This document shows positions 1 to 9,536 of a stretch of DNA of 32,000 nt, in pieces (position 1 is the first letter of the stretch; every line of letters begins with the position of its first letter). A model generated the notes under the pieces. It made no database searches, was not told the origin of the DNA, and saw only the letters and a program-made list of their open reading frames with translations. A program made the position numbers and the translations under genes. The stretch covers positions 2,280,001-2,312,000 of the forward strand of contig NZ_LT549890.1 in NCBI RefSeq assembly GCF_900079115.1. The letters run 5' to 3'. The DNA comes from Saccharolobus solfataricus. GTDB lineage: Archaea > Thermoproteota > Thermoprotei_A > Sulfolobales > Sulfolobaceae.

Positions 1-389
1 TCCTCTGTGGGATTCGGATTCTCTTTGAGTAGCCAATAGGCTTCCATTATCATACCCGGGGTGCAATATCCACACTGTAAACCATGTTTCTCCCAAAATG
101 CCTCTTGAATTGGGTGTAGTTTACCATCTTTCGCTAATCCCTCTATAGTTGTTATTTCTGCTCCATCTGCCTCTACAGCCAATATTGTACACGATTTAAC
201 ACTTCTTCCGTCCATAATTACAGTGCATGCCCCACAATTGCTTGTATCACAACCAATGTGAACACCAGTAAATCCTAATTCTCTAAGCACATGAACTAGT
301 AGCCTTCTAGGCTCTGTTTCAACTTCATAATCTTGTCCATTTACCTTTAGGTGAACTTTTACTTTTTGATCTTTCTCAAACACTTTCAT
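1..389 (-). CDS. cutC: [2Fe-2S] small subunit of a molybdenum hydroxylase (CoxS/CutC type; CO/xanthine/aldehyde dehydrogenase family). The C-terminus is cut by the window edge.
   Basis: This gene is not in the ORF track because it runs off the window. Manual translation from the ATG at 389-387 gives [68 protein letters not shown]...[20 protein letters not shown]. It has the plant-type C-x4-C-x2-C cluster and the second CGYCTPG cluster typical of the family. An AGGTGA SD-like motif (395-400, minus strand) lies 5 nt upstream of the ATG. Confidence 0.85.
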   Translation of the reverse strand, partial: MKVFEKDQKVKVHLKVNGQDYEVETEPRRLLVHVLRELGFTGVHIGCDTSNCGACTVIMDGRSVKSCTILAVEADGAEITTIEGLAKDGKLHPIQEAFWEKHGLQCGYCTPGMIMEAYWLLKENPNPTE

Positions 390-394
390 GTATA

Positions 395-1231
395 TCACCT
401 ATTTAGAGCAGCCAAAATTGCTCTCTTAGTCATAACTTTTACCATTTTCTTTTTATATTCTGCTGATCCCCTTATATCGGAAGTAGGATTGGCGTAGTCC
501 ATCGCCTTTGTAGCAGCTTCTTCTATTAATTTTTCTGATATCTTGCCAGATAATAGTATTTTCTCAGCTTCACTTGCTCTTACTGCAGTTTTGTTTACAG
601 CCGTTAAACCTATTCTTGCATCTTCTATTACGTCACCATTTACCTTCAGTGCAACAGCAACTCCTACAATTGCAAAGTCTCCAGCTCTCCTCTCTAATTT
701 CTGATAGGAGAACTTATAATCCTTAAGTAGGGGAACTTCTATCTCTGTAACTAATTCACCTGGATTCAAATCTGGTGTAAACATATCCTTGGCGAATGAG
801 GAAAAGTTCTCCACTCTTTCTCCTTTGGTACTTCTAATCCTTACCTTTGCATTCATGGCAATCAATGCAGCTGGATAATCCGCTGAAGGATCTAAATGCG
901 ATATACTACCACCTATGGTTCCCATGTTTCTGACTTGTGGATCTGCTATTTTAGATGCAGTTTCACTTAGTAATGGGATGTTAGCCTTTATTATATCGTA
1001 ATGAGTAACTATAGGTCCTATTTTTACTACATTTCCTTCCATTTTAATATATTTCAACTCTGGCAATCTCCTTATCTCAACTAAATATGATGGTCTGAAT
1101 ATTCTCAACTTCAACATTGGTATCAAACTATGACCTCCAGCTAATGGTTTAGCGTCATCGTGAGTCTCTAGAAACTCTAGAGCCTCTTTTACATTATCTG
1201 GAATTACGTAACTAAACTTTGGTGGATACAC
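395..1231 (-). CDS. cutB: FAD-binding medium subunit of a molybdenum hydroxylase (CoxM/CutB type)
   Basis: 278-aa ORF with a GTG start. It contains the [14 protein letters not shown] and GTIGGSI motifs of FAD-binding PCMH-type medium subunits. It ends 5 nt before the cutC-type gene on the same strand. Confidence 0.85.
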   Translation of the reverse strand: MYPPKFSYVIPDNVKEALEFLETHDDAKPLAGGHSLIPMLKLRIFRPSYLVEIRRLPELKYIKMEGNVVKIGPIVTHYDIIKANIPLLSETASKIADPQVRNMGTIGGSISHLDPSADYPAALIAMNAKVRIRSTKGERVENFSSFAKDMFTPDLNPGELVTEIEVPLLKDYKFSYQKLERRAGDFAIVGVAVALKVNGDVIEDARIGLTAVNKTAVRASEAEKILLSGKISEKLIEEAATKAMDYANPTSDIRGSAEYKKKMVKVMTKRAILAALNR

Positions 1232-1252
1232 ATCCTAAATATTTGTTAGACC

Positions 1253-1260
1253 TTTATATA
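1253..1260 (-). promoter_or_regulatory. Candidate TATA box for the cutB-cutC transcript (leaderless or near-leaderless)
   Basis: The minus strand reads TATATAAA, followed by 21 nt and then the GTG start at 1231. This spacing fits an archaeal TATA about 26 nt upstream of a transcription start at or near the start codon. Confidence 0.5.
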
Positions 1261-1320
1261 CTTAGCTCTTATACTTTTAATACCTAAACAAAAACATATA
1301 CCAGACTTATTAGATTTATA

Positions 1321-1458
1321 CTATTTTTTAACATATTTTTCTGGTCTTTTTTTGAATTCTGCCATACACATGGGGCTACAGAAATAGTATACATTTCCTT
1401 TATAATTGAATGAGTAAGGCTTCCGTCTTATCTCATCTCCACACACAGTGCATTTCAT
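1321..1458 (-). CDS. Small 45-aa TRASH/YHS-type Cys4 metal-binding protein (below the ORF-track size cutoff)
   Basis: Manual translation gives [45 protein letters not shown]. Its C-x2-C-x20-C-x3-C pattern matches the TRASH signature C-x2-C-x19-22-C-x3-C. The ATG lies 5 nt after the stop of the upstream methyltransferase gene and is preceded by a GTGAT SD-like motif. Confidence 0.65.
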   Translation of the reverse strand: MKCTVCGDEIRRKPYSFNYKGNVYYFCSPMCMAEFKKRPEKYVKK

Positions 1459-1463
1459 CTTTA

Positions 1464-2192
1464 TCACTTAAATTTCCATAAGTATTCCCTAAATTTAACT
1501 ACTTCGCCAATTACAATAACCGCTGGAGACGTTACATTATTACTTCTGACAATGTTAACTAGGTCCTTTAACTCCCCAGTAAAAACTCTCTGGTTTTCTG
1601 TAGTTCCATTTTCAATTACAGCGACTGGTTCTCTTTCATTTCTTAATTTTATTAGAATATTAACCATATTTTCTATCTTCCTAAGACCCATAAGTATTAC
1701 CAGCGTACCTTTTCTTGGTATGTAATCTTCATCTATCAATTTATCTTCTGCTTTTGTTCCAGATATTATAGTAAATCCACTTGCTGAGTAAATTCTACTG
1801 GTCACAGGGATTCCTGCATAAGCGGGAACAGCAATTGCACTAGTTATCCCGGGAATTACCTCACACTCTATACCTTTGGATATAACGTATAAACATTCCT
1901 CTTCTCCCCTACCTAAAACATATGGGTCTCCTCCTTTTAATCTAACAACTACTTTATTTTCCATCGCCTTCTTTACTAGTAACTCATTTATCTCATCTTG
2001 TATTACGTAATCCCCTATATTCTTCCCAACGTATATTTTTTCAGCCTCAATCTTACAAAAATTTAGAAGCTCTTTAGAGATTAGCCTATCGTAAACCACA
2101 ACATCAGCCCTCTGTAGGATCTTTAAGCCTTTAACAGTAATTAATTCAGGGTCTCCCGGACCAGCTCCTACTAAATAAACTTTGCCACTCAT
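1464..2192 (-). CDS. cobA: Uroporphyrinogen-III C-methyltransferase (SUMT; sirohaem/cobalamin branch)
   Basis: The N-terminal [33 protein letters not shown] motif and the later GGDP and VPGITS motifs are characteristic of tetrapyrrole methylases of the CobA/CysG-C type. Confidence 0.85.
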   Translation of the reverse strand: MSGKVYLVGAGPGDPELITVKGLKILQRADVVVYDRLISKELLNFCKIEAEKIYVGKNIGDYVIQDEINELLVKKAMENKVVVRLKGGDPYVLGRGEEECLYVISKGIECEVIPGITSAIAVPAYAGIPVTSRIYSASGFTIISGTKAEDKLIDEDYIPRKGTLVILMGLRKIENMVNILIKLRNEREPVAVIENGTTENQRVFTGELKDLVNIVRSNNVTSPAVIVIGEVVKFREYLWKFK

Positions 2193-2779
2193 TAAATCCC
2201 CCCTATCTTTCTCATAATATAAATAGCGAATACTATACCTTCTGGAAATTTTATACCATACACAAGTATTATTACTGAGTTTAGTAGCAATTGGTACGGG
2301 ATGTTAAATATATCAGAGGCTAAGTATAATAATAACAAGTATATTGTATCTCCAGCGAATCCTAGACTAAATAGGAGAAGTTTTTCAGTGAATTTTAGAG
2401 ATGGTATTATATAGCCTATAACAAAACCCCCTAGAAATTCGCAGAGGAAAGATATGACAAATAGCCATTGTATCTTTAATACTACTGGATATATCTGAGG
2501 CATTAACCATGGAATTATTAATACTAAGCCTAGTGTTACGAATATTATCGCTCTTTTTCTCATTAATAAGGAAACAACAGGTATTTTTTCCCCATCATTT
2601 TCTATAAATTTTTCTCTCGGTGTATTAGAGATTAATGTATACCATCCTAATAGTCCGCCAGAGAGTATTGGCCCTTGATACGAGAGTAATCTATCTACTG
2701 GGTCGACAAAAACGTAAACTATGATAGAAATTATAAGCAGTGAAAAACCTATATACTTGGCAATTTGAACTACGTCCAT
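2192..2779 (-). CDS. Polytopic membrane protein of unknown function
   Basis: 195-aa ORF with 5-6 long hydrophobic segments. It has TAATG start/stop overlaps with both neighbours, which suggests translational coupling. I recognised no family motif. Confidence 0.55.
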   Translation of the reverse strand: MDVVQIAKYIGFSLLIISIIVYVFVDPVDRLLSYQGPILSGGLLGWYTLISNTPREKFIENDGEKIPVVSLLMRKRAIIFVTLGLVLIIPWLMPQIYPVVLKIQWLFVISFLCEFLGGFVIGYIIPSLKFTEKLLLFSLGFAGDTIYLLLLYLASDIFNIPYQLLLNSVIILVYGIKFPEGIVFAIYIMRKIGGI

Positions 2780-3018
2780 TATGGTAAAAATATTGTATAT
2801 ACTATTTTATCTTTTTCATCCTTTTTCTGTATTAGCTTAACTCCTTTCTCACTCATTACGTCTATCCACATATTTACCTGCTCTTCTTGAGTCCCCTTTA
2901 GTGCAATAACCTTTATCTCTTTATTACCTCCTACTTCTAACCAGAACCTTAATAGTCTTATACTCGCCGAGTTTGCGCCACATCCACTTTCAGCTTTTGT
3001 TAAATCTAATTCCTCCAT
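2779..3018 (-). CDS. Small TusA/SirA-like-fold protein (tentative)
   Basis: 79 aa. The layout ELDL-x6-GCGANSASIRLLRFWLEV-GG-EIKVIA...KGVKLIQ...IVYTIFL resembles the TusA beta-alpha-beta-alpha-beta-beta pattern with an N-terminal Cys. However, it has C-G instead of the usual C-P-x-P. Confidence 0.35.
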   Translation of the reverse strand: MEELDLTKAESGCGANSASIRLLRFWLEVGGNKEIKVIALKGTQEEQVNMWIDVMSEKGVKLIQKKDEKDKIVYTIFLP

Positions 3019-3019
3019 C

Positions 3020-3847
3020 TCAATATATCATCTTAGAGCTTATGTTTAATATTTTTTTGTTCTCTAGAAAGTAAATCTTATCCCATTTTTCCTTCCTCAT
3101 TTTATTGACTATTGATTTTATTAGTATGATAGAGTTACAGAAAGCTCCACTACAGTCGGTAGCTTGAGTATCAGTATAATCTATACTATTAATCAGTTCT
3201 TTTTCTCTCTCGTTATCACTTCTAAACAATACTATCTGTCTATTCGCTGTCATGAAAATTGGGGAGTGGCAAAATTGTTCAAATCTCTCACTATTTGTGG
3301 CATAACCAAAGATTTCAGCAAACTTCAGCATGGCGTAATACGCAATACCGTAATTTTCCTTATGTCCTACGAAAAACGGATTATTTGCCAAATTAAGTAA
3401 CCTACCGGATTCTTTAATTTCATCTGCTTGCTCTCCTGCAAGTGAATATACTGCACTTAAACTCATTAAGAAAGATAAAGTACCAGGTAAGGGAATAATT
3501 GGCTTATAGGGAATAAGTATAAGATAGTCAGCTAATCTTGCCAATTGTGAATCCTCATTAGCTGTTATCACATATAGTCTAGTCTTCCCTTTAAATTTTG
3601 TTGCAAGCAATATATTCGACTTTGGCCTTCCGGAAACCGACACTATAACCAAAGGTCTATCTAAATTTTCATAGTGTAATCCTTCAAATGGATCTAAAGC
3701 CTTAAATCTACCGTTAGTTTTACCCTCTATTGTAAGGGCAACTGCATAAGAGTCTCCAGCTCCTGCAATATATGCATTATCTAACTTTAAGTCTAAATTT
3801 ACTTTGTAATCTTGTGTTATCTCACGCTCAATCAGATCTGCATACAT
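3020..3847 (-). CDS. SIS-domain protein (phosphosugar isomerase/binding family)
   Basis: 275 aa. AGAGDSYAVAL and VIVSVSGRPKSN resemble the SIS nucleotide/phosphosugar-binding loops, and there appear to be two SIS-like halves. Confidence 0.6.
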   Translation of the reverse strand: MYADLIEREITQDYKVNLDLKLDNAYIAGAGDSYAVALTIEGKTNGRFKALDPFEGLHYENLDRPLVIVSVSGRPKSNILLATKFKGKTRLYVITANEDSQLARLADYLILIPYKPIIPLPGTLSFLMSLSAVYSLAGEQADEIKESGRLLNLANNPFFVGHKENYGIAYYAMLKFAEIFGYATNSERFEQFCHSPIFMTANRQIVLFRSDNEREKELINSIDYTDTQATDCSGAFCNSIILIKSIVNKMRKEKWDKIYFLENKKILNISSKMIY

Positions 3848-3892
3848 TAAATAACTTTAATTAACATTCTGCTTAATAGTGTTTTAAGAAAA

Positions 3893-5044
3893 ATGAAGGT
3901 TTTAATAAAAACTGATTTAGTTTTAGGAGCACCTAAGACGCTCAGAGACGTATATATAGGAATTGATGAGGGTCAAATAAAGGTTATATCGAAAGAAAAG
4001 CCGGAAGATTATGATTATGCAGAATACGTGATCGGCGGGAAGAATAGGGTAGTAGCACCAGGTTTTGTAACTACGCATTCCTTTCTTTATTTATATCCGT
4101 TTAGGTATAGGGTATTTTCAGGTAAAGCGAATGCCTTTCAACTGATGTCAACACTCACACCTAATGATATTTATTACTTTTCCTTAATGGGTGCGTACCA
4201 TTTATTGAAAACTGGAGTTACAACAGTAGTCACTTCAGGCCCTAATTTGGATATGATAGCTAGAGCGATTTCGGAAGTTGGATTAAGACCAGTACTAGCT
4301 GTGGGTGTAGATTGTCCAGATTCTAAAGAGGATTGGGAGAGAGAGTTTACAACGCTATATAATAGATGGTCTAGTAAGAATGAGAATAGGGTGATTTTAC
4401 GCCTTTGTAGTAATGAGTACTCTAAAGAGGTCTTTGAGCTCTCGCAACAATATGACTTTCCTGTTCTCTTAGAGAGATTCGTGAGCTTGGAAAATATTAG
4501 TGGTAACCCAATTAACGTAATAGGATTAGGCGGAGGGGCTAGGAAAGATCTAGATATTATAAAACAGAAGGGATTTCATTTAGCGTCAACTCCATCATAT
4601 GAGGTTTCACAATTTCCATTAAGCCAATATAAGCCATCAATATCCTTAGATCTATCTCCTACTTTTGATATTAGACATGAAGTCTCCACATCAATAACCA
4701 GGTTAATTTTAACGCCAGAAGAAGCTCTTAACGCCATGACAATTTGGGGGCTATTACAACTAAAATATAATGATAGGGGTGTTCTGGAGAACGGAAAAGT
4801 GGCAGATTTAGTTATCTTTGAAGTTAAGGAGCCACCTACTTTCCCCTTGGATTATGAAAGCCCCTATGAGTCAATAGTGTTTAATCTCTCTACTCCCGAG
4901 ACAGTGCTAGTAAGTGGTGAGGCAATATTAGATGGTGGAGTTCCTTTAAATATTGGAATAAAACATATTGAGAAAGCCATAGAGAGGCTTGAAGACATTG
5001 ATAAAAAGGTTACAAGACCAGCAAGATATATGGAAAAGGATTGA
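3893..5044 (+). CDS. Amidohydrolase-superfamily protein (chlorohydrolase/deaminase-like) with degenerate metal ligands
   Basis: 383 aa. The N-terminal beta-sandwich leads into [12 protein letters not shown], where the family normally has PGF-x-x-H-x-H. The C-terminal GKVADLVIF motif is typical of the fold. Confidence 0.6.
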   Translation: MKVLIKTDLVLGAPKTLRDVYIGIDEGQIKVISKEKPEDYDYAEYVIGGKNRVVAPGFVTTHSFLYLYPFRYRVFSGKANAFQLMSTLTPNDIYYFSLMGAYHLLKTGVTTVVTSGPNLDMIARAISEVGLRPVLAVGVDCPDSKEDWEREFTTLYNRWSSKNENRVILRLCSNEYSKEVFELSQQYDFPVLLERFVSLENISGNPINVIGLGGGARKDLDIIKQKGFHLASTPSYEVSQFPLSQYKPSISLDLSPTFDIRHEVSTSITRLILTPEEALNAMTIWGLLQLKYNDRGVLENGKVADLVIFEVKEPPTFPLDYESPYESIVFNLSTPETVLVSGEAILDGGVPLNIGIKHIEKAIERLEDIDKKVTRPARYMEKD

Positions 5045-5777
5045 GATTGTAGGAGATATAGTAATAATTGGAGTCCCGTTTAATAAAAAACCAGAAGACC
5101 TTGTAGAAATAGCAAATGAGATACTTTCCACTTTCCCCTATGTTAAATCGGTATGGGGAAGACACAGAGACGTCAATGGTACATATAGGCTATCAACCTA
5201 TGTACATTTAGCCGGAGAGAAAAGAAGCGAGACCGTATATAAAGAGCATAAATGTAAATATTTTCTAGATTTTACCAAGGTATTCTTTTCTGAAAAACTA
5301 TCCTACGAACATCTAAGGGTAGCAACGCAGGTTAAGAGAGACGAGATTATTATAAACATGTTTTCAGGTTTTGGGCCATTTTCAATTCTTTCCGCAGTTC
5401 TTGGCAGACCAAAAATAGTATACTCAATAGATTTGAATCCTTATGCGTATTATTATATGATGGTAAACGTAGAACTGAACAAGGCTTACGAAGTTCTTCC
5501 AATATATGGGGACGCTTTCAAAAGAATATACGAATTAGAAGATGCGGATAGAATAATTGCGCCTTTGCCAGAACTTGCTGATAAGGCATATGAAGTGGCG
5601 TTACAGAAGGTAAAAAAAGGTGGTATAATTCATCTTTATACTGAGGTGGAGACGAACAAGGGTGAGGATCCCGTGAGAATTGCTATGAACAAATATAGGG
5701 GATCTTATTTTGGTAGGATCGTGAGAAGCGTTAATCCGCATAAATATCATGTGGTAGTTGATATCAAGGCTAATTAG
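4989..5777 (+). CDS. Trm5/TYW2 (Met-10+) family SAM-dependent tRNA modification methyltransferase. Its short form lacks the D1 domain, so it is Taw2-like in size.
   Basis: 262 aa. [13 protein letters not shown] is the typical family N-terminus. [11 protein letters not shown] is a SAM motif I variant, and SIDLNPYA is the NPxA-type catalytic loop. The ATG overlaps the preceding gene by 56 nt, so the start is uncertain. Confidence 0.7.
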   Translation: MKTLIKRLQDQQDIWKRIEIVGDIVIIGVPFNKKPEDLVEIANEILSTFPYVKSVWGRHRDVNGTYRLSTYVHLAGEKRSETVYKEHKCKYFLDFTKVFFSEKLSYEHLRVATQVKRDEIIINMFSGFGPFSILSAVLGRPKIVYSIDLNPYAYYYMMVNVELNKAYEVLPIYGDAFKRIYELEDADRIIAPLPELADKAYEVALQKVKKGGIIHLYTEVETNKGEDPVRIAMNKYRGSYFGRIVRSVNPHKYHVVVDIKAN

Positions 5778-5919
5778 TGGAATACTTTACCAACGATTCC
5801 TAAATCTGTTAACGAGTGTTGTTTTAGCTATCCATTGGATGGAGAAAGATCATTATGGATTTGGTGAAGCCAAAGGGCTGAGGGTTAATATTAAATACGT
5901 GAAATCCTATGATGCCCAG

Positions 5920-5962
5920 AACTATTTGTGTTAACATTTATTAAATTATTCTACAAATAGTT
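5920..5962. promoter_or_regulatory. Perfect 10-bp inverted repeat flanking an A/T-rich TATA-like core, immediately upstream of the glnA-like gene
   Basis: AACTATTTGT (5920-5929) and ACAAATAGTT (5953-5962) are exact reverse complements. The 23-nt spacer contains GTTAAC and TTTATTAAATT. The GTG start is at 5975. Confidence 0.4.
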
Positions 5963-5974
5963 GATGAGATAAAA

Positions 5975-7252
5975 GTGTCTAAAGAGAATATATTTGATGC
6001 TTTAAAATCTGGAAAAATAGATTATGTGAGAGTAGAATTTGTAGATATATTAGGGAATACTAAGGGTAGGTCTCTTAGAAGGGCAGAATTCGAAAATGTA
6101 ATAAATGACAATAAGGGAGTTGATTATCCAGAATCCTTAGCATTAATGGATTACAAAGATAGACCGATAAAATCAAGGTATGAGGATATTATTGCTATAC
6201 CCGATCTGAACACCTTTGTTGCAATACCGTATTTAGAAAGAACTGCTAGGGTACTCTCATTTTTGGCTCAACCTGATGGTTTACCGTATCCATATTGTAG
6301 TAGATCTATACTAAATAAGGCAATAGAGAAGTTAAAAGAAGCTGGTTATACGCTACAAGTTTCATTTGAACCGACATTTTATCTCTTGAATTCTGCTCTT
6401 AATCCAGCAGACTATTCTAAAGCTTTCTCGTTAGAAGGATTATTGGAACAGCAGAACTTCCTTAAATTGCTTATAAAATATTTAGAAGAAATCGATATAA
6501 AAGTTGAAACTATTAATAAACACTATGGTCCGGGTCAATACGAGGTTAAGCTTTCGCAAAAACCCGTTTTAGAGGCTGCAGATTCCCTAATTTCCAGTAG
6601 GGAAGTGATTAGGGATACTGCCAAAATGAATAATGTGATTGCTACTTTTATGCCTAAACCATTTAAAGATTACCCAAGTAGCAGTATGGATATCACATTA
6701 AGTCTGCAAACAGTAGACGGAAAGGACATCATGTACGATCCTAATGACTCTAAGGGAATTGGGCTTAGTAAGATTGCATATAATTTCATTTCTGGAATAT
6801 TAGAGCACCTTCCTTCAATATTATCTATCGCTGCACCAACTGTTAATTCATATAAGAGATTTAAGGAAGTAGTAACTCCAAACATGCCGGGAATAGGCTC
6901 TGAAAGGCACTACATAGTGAGATTACCAAGTTATTATAAGGATACTCATCAAGTAGAGTTCAGATTAGCAGATCCACTGGCGAATCCGTACATTCTGTTA
7001 GCCAGTATGATATATGCAGGTTTAGATGGTATAGAAAGAAATCTTATGGCTAATGTAAATGAGTATTATGGCACATTGCCACAAACCCTTAAGGAATCTT
7101 TAAGTAGATTGGAAAATGATACATATATGAAGTATAATTTAGGTCAAGATTTGATTTCCATCTACATTAATATTAAAAATATAGAGATAGAAGAATACGA
7201 ATCACAAATAACTGAATGGGAAAGAGACTACTATCTAAAGGCAGGATGGTAA
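5975..7252 (+). CDS. glnA: Glutamine synthetase family protein (GlnA paralog; it could be a gamma-glutamyl-amine ligase rather than a true GS)
   Basis: 425 aa with a GTG start. It has a GS beta-grasp N-domain (VRVEFVDILGNTKGR) and a catalytic domain with FEPTFYL, NKHYGPGQYEV, NSYKRF and EFRLADPLANPY motifs. Confidence 0.8.
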   Translation: MSKENIFDALKSGKIDYVRVEFVDILGNTKGRSLRRAEFENVINDNKGVDYPESLALMDYKDRPIKSRYEDIIAIPDLNTFVAIPYLERTARVLSFLAQPDGLPYPYCSRSILNKAIEKLKEAGYTLQVSFEPTFYLLNSALNPADYSKAFSLEGLLEQQNFLKLLIKYLEEIDIKVETINKHYGPGQYEVKLSQKPVLEAADSLISSREVIRDTAKMNNVIATFMPKPFKDYPSSSMDITLSLQTVDGKDIMYDPNDSKGIGLSKIAYNFISGILEHLPSILSIAAPTVNSYKRFKEVVTPNMPGIGSERHYIVRLPSYYKDTHQVEFRLADPLANPYILLASMIYAGLDGIERNLMANVNEYYGTLPQTLKESLSRLENDTYMKYNLGQDLISIYINIKNIEIEEYESQITEWERDYYLKAGW

Positions 7253-8239
7253 ATGCTAGGTGCTATTCTGAAAAATTTCGGTGAGGAGCTAAGTCTTGAA
7301 GACGTAAGAGAACCTTCTAACGGAATTGTTCTAAAAGTTCTAGCCACTGGACTTTGTCATGGAGACTTACATGTCATAAATGGCGATTGGAGATACGAAA
7401 TTAAGGTGGAATTGCCGAAGATATTAGGGCATGAGATAGTTGGTGAAGTCGTCAAAGGTAATGGTACATTTAAAGAGGGAGATAAGGTATTAGTTTATAA
7501 TAGTATTGGTTGCGGAAAATGTAAGTATTGTGCATCAAAAAAGTATCAATACTGCGAAAAAGTGAAAATTATTGGGCTTAATATTAACGGTGGTTTCGCG
7601 GAATATGTAAGTGTTCCTTCTGATAATATCCTCTTAAGAGTAGATGGTGAGCCCGTTAAACTGGCACCTCTAGCAGACGCTGGAATCACAGCTTATAGTT
7701 CAGCCAAGGGTATAACCAATGAAGATAGTGTATTGATTATAGGAACTGGGGCTGTCGCATTATTAGCACTACAAATTTTGAAACTAAAAGGAGCTAGAGT
7801 TACTGTTATTGGGCATAATAAAAATAAGCTTGAAAAAGCTAAAGAACTAGGAGCTGATGAGGTGATTAATATAAAGTATGATAGTACGATAGCGAGTGAG
7901 GTTAAAGAATCCAAGTTTGATTACATTATAGATTATGTGGGCAGCGATTATACACTGTCTGATTCCATGTGGTTGCTAAATAGGGAAGGGGAGTTAAGAA
8001 TTATTGGGGAATTTGGTGGTACTATAACTGTACCGGAACAATTACTAGTGTTAAAGGGGTTAAAAGTAAGGGGTATATTATACGGTAGCTTTGATGATTT
8101 GATAAGTGTTTACAAACTATATAATGAGGGAAAAATTAGACCTATAGTAAATACGTATAAATTAAGGGATATTAACAAGGCGATTAGGGATTTAAGAGAT
8201 GGTAGAGTGATAGGTCGTGCAGTAATAGTACCTCCTTAA
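7253..8239 (+). CDS. Zn-dependent medium-chain alcohol dehydrogenase
   Basis: 328 aa. It has GLCHGDLH and GHEIVGEV catalytic-Zn motifs, a [15 protein letters not shown] structural-Zn lobe and an IIGTGAVA Rossmann motif. Its ATG directly abuts the TAA of the glnA-like gene. Confidence 0.85.
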   Translation: MLGAILKNFGEELSLEDVREPSNGIVLKVLATGLCHGDLHVINGDWRYEIKVELPKILGHEIVGEVVKGNGTFKEGDKVLVYNSIGCGKCKYCASKKYQYCEKVKIIGLNINGGFAEYVSVPSDNILLRVDGEPVKLAPLADAGITAYSSAKGITNEDSVLIIGTGAVALLALQILKLKGARVTVIGHNKNKLEKAKELGADEVINIKYDSTIASEVKESKFDYIIDYVGSDYTLSDSMWLLNREGELRIIGEFGGTITVPEQLLVLKGLKVRGILYGSFDDLISVYKLYNEGKIRPIVNTYKLRDINKAIRDLRDGRVIGRAVIVPP

Positions 8240-8475
8240 GGTTTTTGGTTTGAAAGCTGTTCTGAAAACTTCTTAAGCGTTTCCACATTTTCTTCATGAA
8301 CTGACTTCCTTCTTATATCCACGAATATTCCTAGCTTCCTTGCCTTATTTATATTTAATCCAGCTTTTTCTAGTTCTCCTACACTAAATCCCCTTCCTAT
8401 TCTCTTGTATTTTCTCTTGTGCGGGTATTCGAAATGATAATTAGGTCTTTTTATTACAGCTTTAGGGAACTCCAT
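8236..8475 (-). CDS. rpl13e: Ribosomal protein L13e (eL13)
   Basis: [58 protein letters not shown] is typical of crenarchaeal L13e. I chose the ATG at 8475 rather than the ORF-track start at 8568, which would overlap rtcA. Confidence 0.75.
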   Translation of the reverse strand: MEFPKAVIKRPNYHFEYPHKRKYKRIGRGFSVGELEKAGLNINKARKLGIFVDIRRKSVHEENVETLKKFSEQLSNQKP

Positions 8476-8509
8476 AGGAGTCCCCCCATAATCAAGTAAC
8501 GTAGTTCCT

Positions 8510-9523
8510 TTAAAAGATTTTAGCTTTAAATCTAAATGGTCTCTTACCGCTAATCTCAATTTTAACATCTAAAAACTTTCTTATTATTTCCATATTCGTA
8601 TATGCGTGGGACGTTAGTTCAGCACCGATGTACTCCCCACCAAAGAGCGATGTGAATATCATGAGCATATCGCTCATATGCACATCCACAGCAGCTTTGG
8701 TATTGAGATTGTCGATAAGTTTCCTTGCAGCCTCTTCTCCAACTATCTCAGCTCTTTTACCTCTTTCACCCAGCGAATCAGCGCCTATAATACTCTTCTC
8801 CCCTATGGCTGCCAATGCAATACCGCTACCTTTACTTACTTCACCTTGTCTTACGTCAGTTTCTATTTCTATCTGCACCCCAAGTTTAGAAAGGATCGCT
8901 TTTGCTGAGTCCTTTTGTCTTTCGGCAATATGTGAAGGTAAGGATGAGACATGTGAAATTCCCTTGATCATTATCAATTTACCTAGCTCTAGTAAACTAA
9001 AGTCGGATGGGTTTCCATTTACATTTTCAATTATCACCTCTCCTCCACCTTCTGGATAGTGACCTCTTTTTATCAAATTTACCTTCGACTCAATCCCTAT
9101 TTTCCTTAAGATTTCCAGATACACTAGTCTAATGTAATCTATGGTGGGGGATTTTGGAACGTCAGTACCACCTTTTATTTTAATTCTCATATTCTTGTTA
9201 ATTATGGCTGGTATCATAGTTTGCATTATTAGAGTTACACTGCCCGCTGTTCCAATGTCTATGTCTATAATAGAATTTCCCTTGATTTCATGGGGGATAA
9301 ATGTTAGTTCTTTAGATCCTACTTCATCTCCTTTAGTTTCCGCATTCGATATCATTTTCATCGCCCTTACTGCCCACAGATGTTGCCTCTGTAATCCAGG
9401 ATTAGGTCTATTAGCCCTTATATTAAATATTCTAAAGGGTTTACCGGTTATGACAGAGAGCGTTAGAGACGTTCTCAGAATTTGTCCTCCACCTTCGCCA
9501 AATGAACCATCTATTTCAATCAT
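8510..9523 (-). CDS. rtcA: RNA 3'-terminal phosphate cyclase
   Basis: [49 protein letters not shown] is the canonical RtcA N-terminus. The first ATG (9523) is preferred over the TTG at 9547. Confidence 0.9.
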   Translation of the reverse strand: MIEIDGSFGEGGGQILRTSLTLSVITGKPFRIFNIRANRPNPGLQRQHLWAVRAMKMISNAETKGDEVGSKELTFIPHEIKGNSIIDIDIGTAGSVTLIMQTMIPAIINKNMRIKIKGGTDVPKSPTIDYIRLVYLEILRKIGIESKVNLIKRGHYPEGGGEVIIENVNGNPSDFSLLELGKLIMIKGISHVSSLPSHIAERQKDSAKAILSKLGVQIEIETDVRQGEVSKGSGIALAAIGEKSIIGADSLGERGKRAEIVGEEAARKLIDNLNTKAAVDVHMSDMLMIFTSLFGGEYIGAELTSHAYTNMEIIRKFLDVKIEISGKRPFRFKAKIF

Positions 9524-9524
9524 T

Positions 9525-9530
9525 AGGTGA
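9525..9530 (+). promoter_or_regulatory. Shine-Dalgarno-like AGGTGA motif for the ORF starting at TTG 9537
   Basis: AGGTGA is complementary to the archaeal 16S 3' end (..UCACCU..) and lies 6 nt upstream of the TTG. It sits only 2 nt from the divergent rtcA ATG. Confidence 0.45.
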
Positions 9531-9536
9531 ATTATC

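Noticed and set aside
5839-5934. A 31-aa ORF (MEKDHYGFGEAKGLRVNIKYVKSYDAQNYLC) lies in the long spacer upstream of the glnA-like gene.
   Set aside because: It has no SD or TATA at a suitable distance, no motif and no hydrophobic or Cys pattern. The same segment is better described as possible RNA structure, which is reported separately with low confidence.
8236-8239. Convergent gene pairs share a palindromic TTAA stop/stop overlap. One pair is ADH/L13e at 8236-8239 and the other is DHH/metallophosphoesterase at 17636-17639.
   Set aside because: The overlap is real in the sequence, but it is an ordinary consequence of genome compaction in AT-rich archaea. It does not indicate a specific mechanism.
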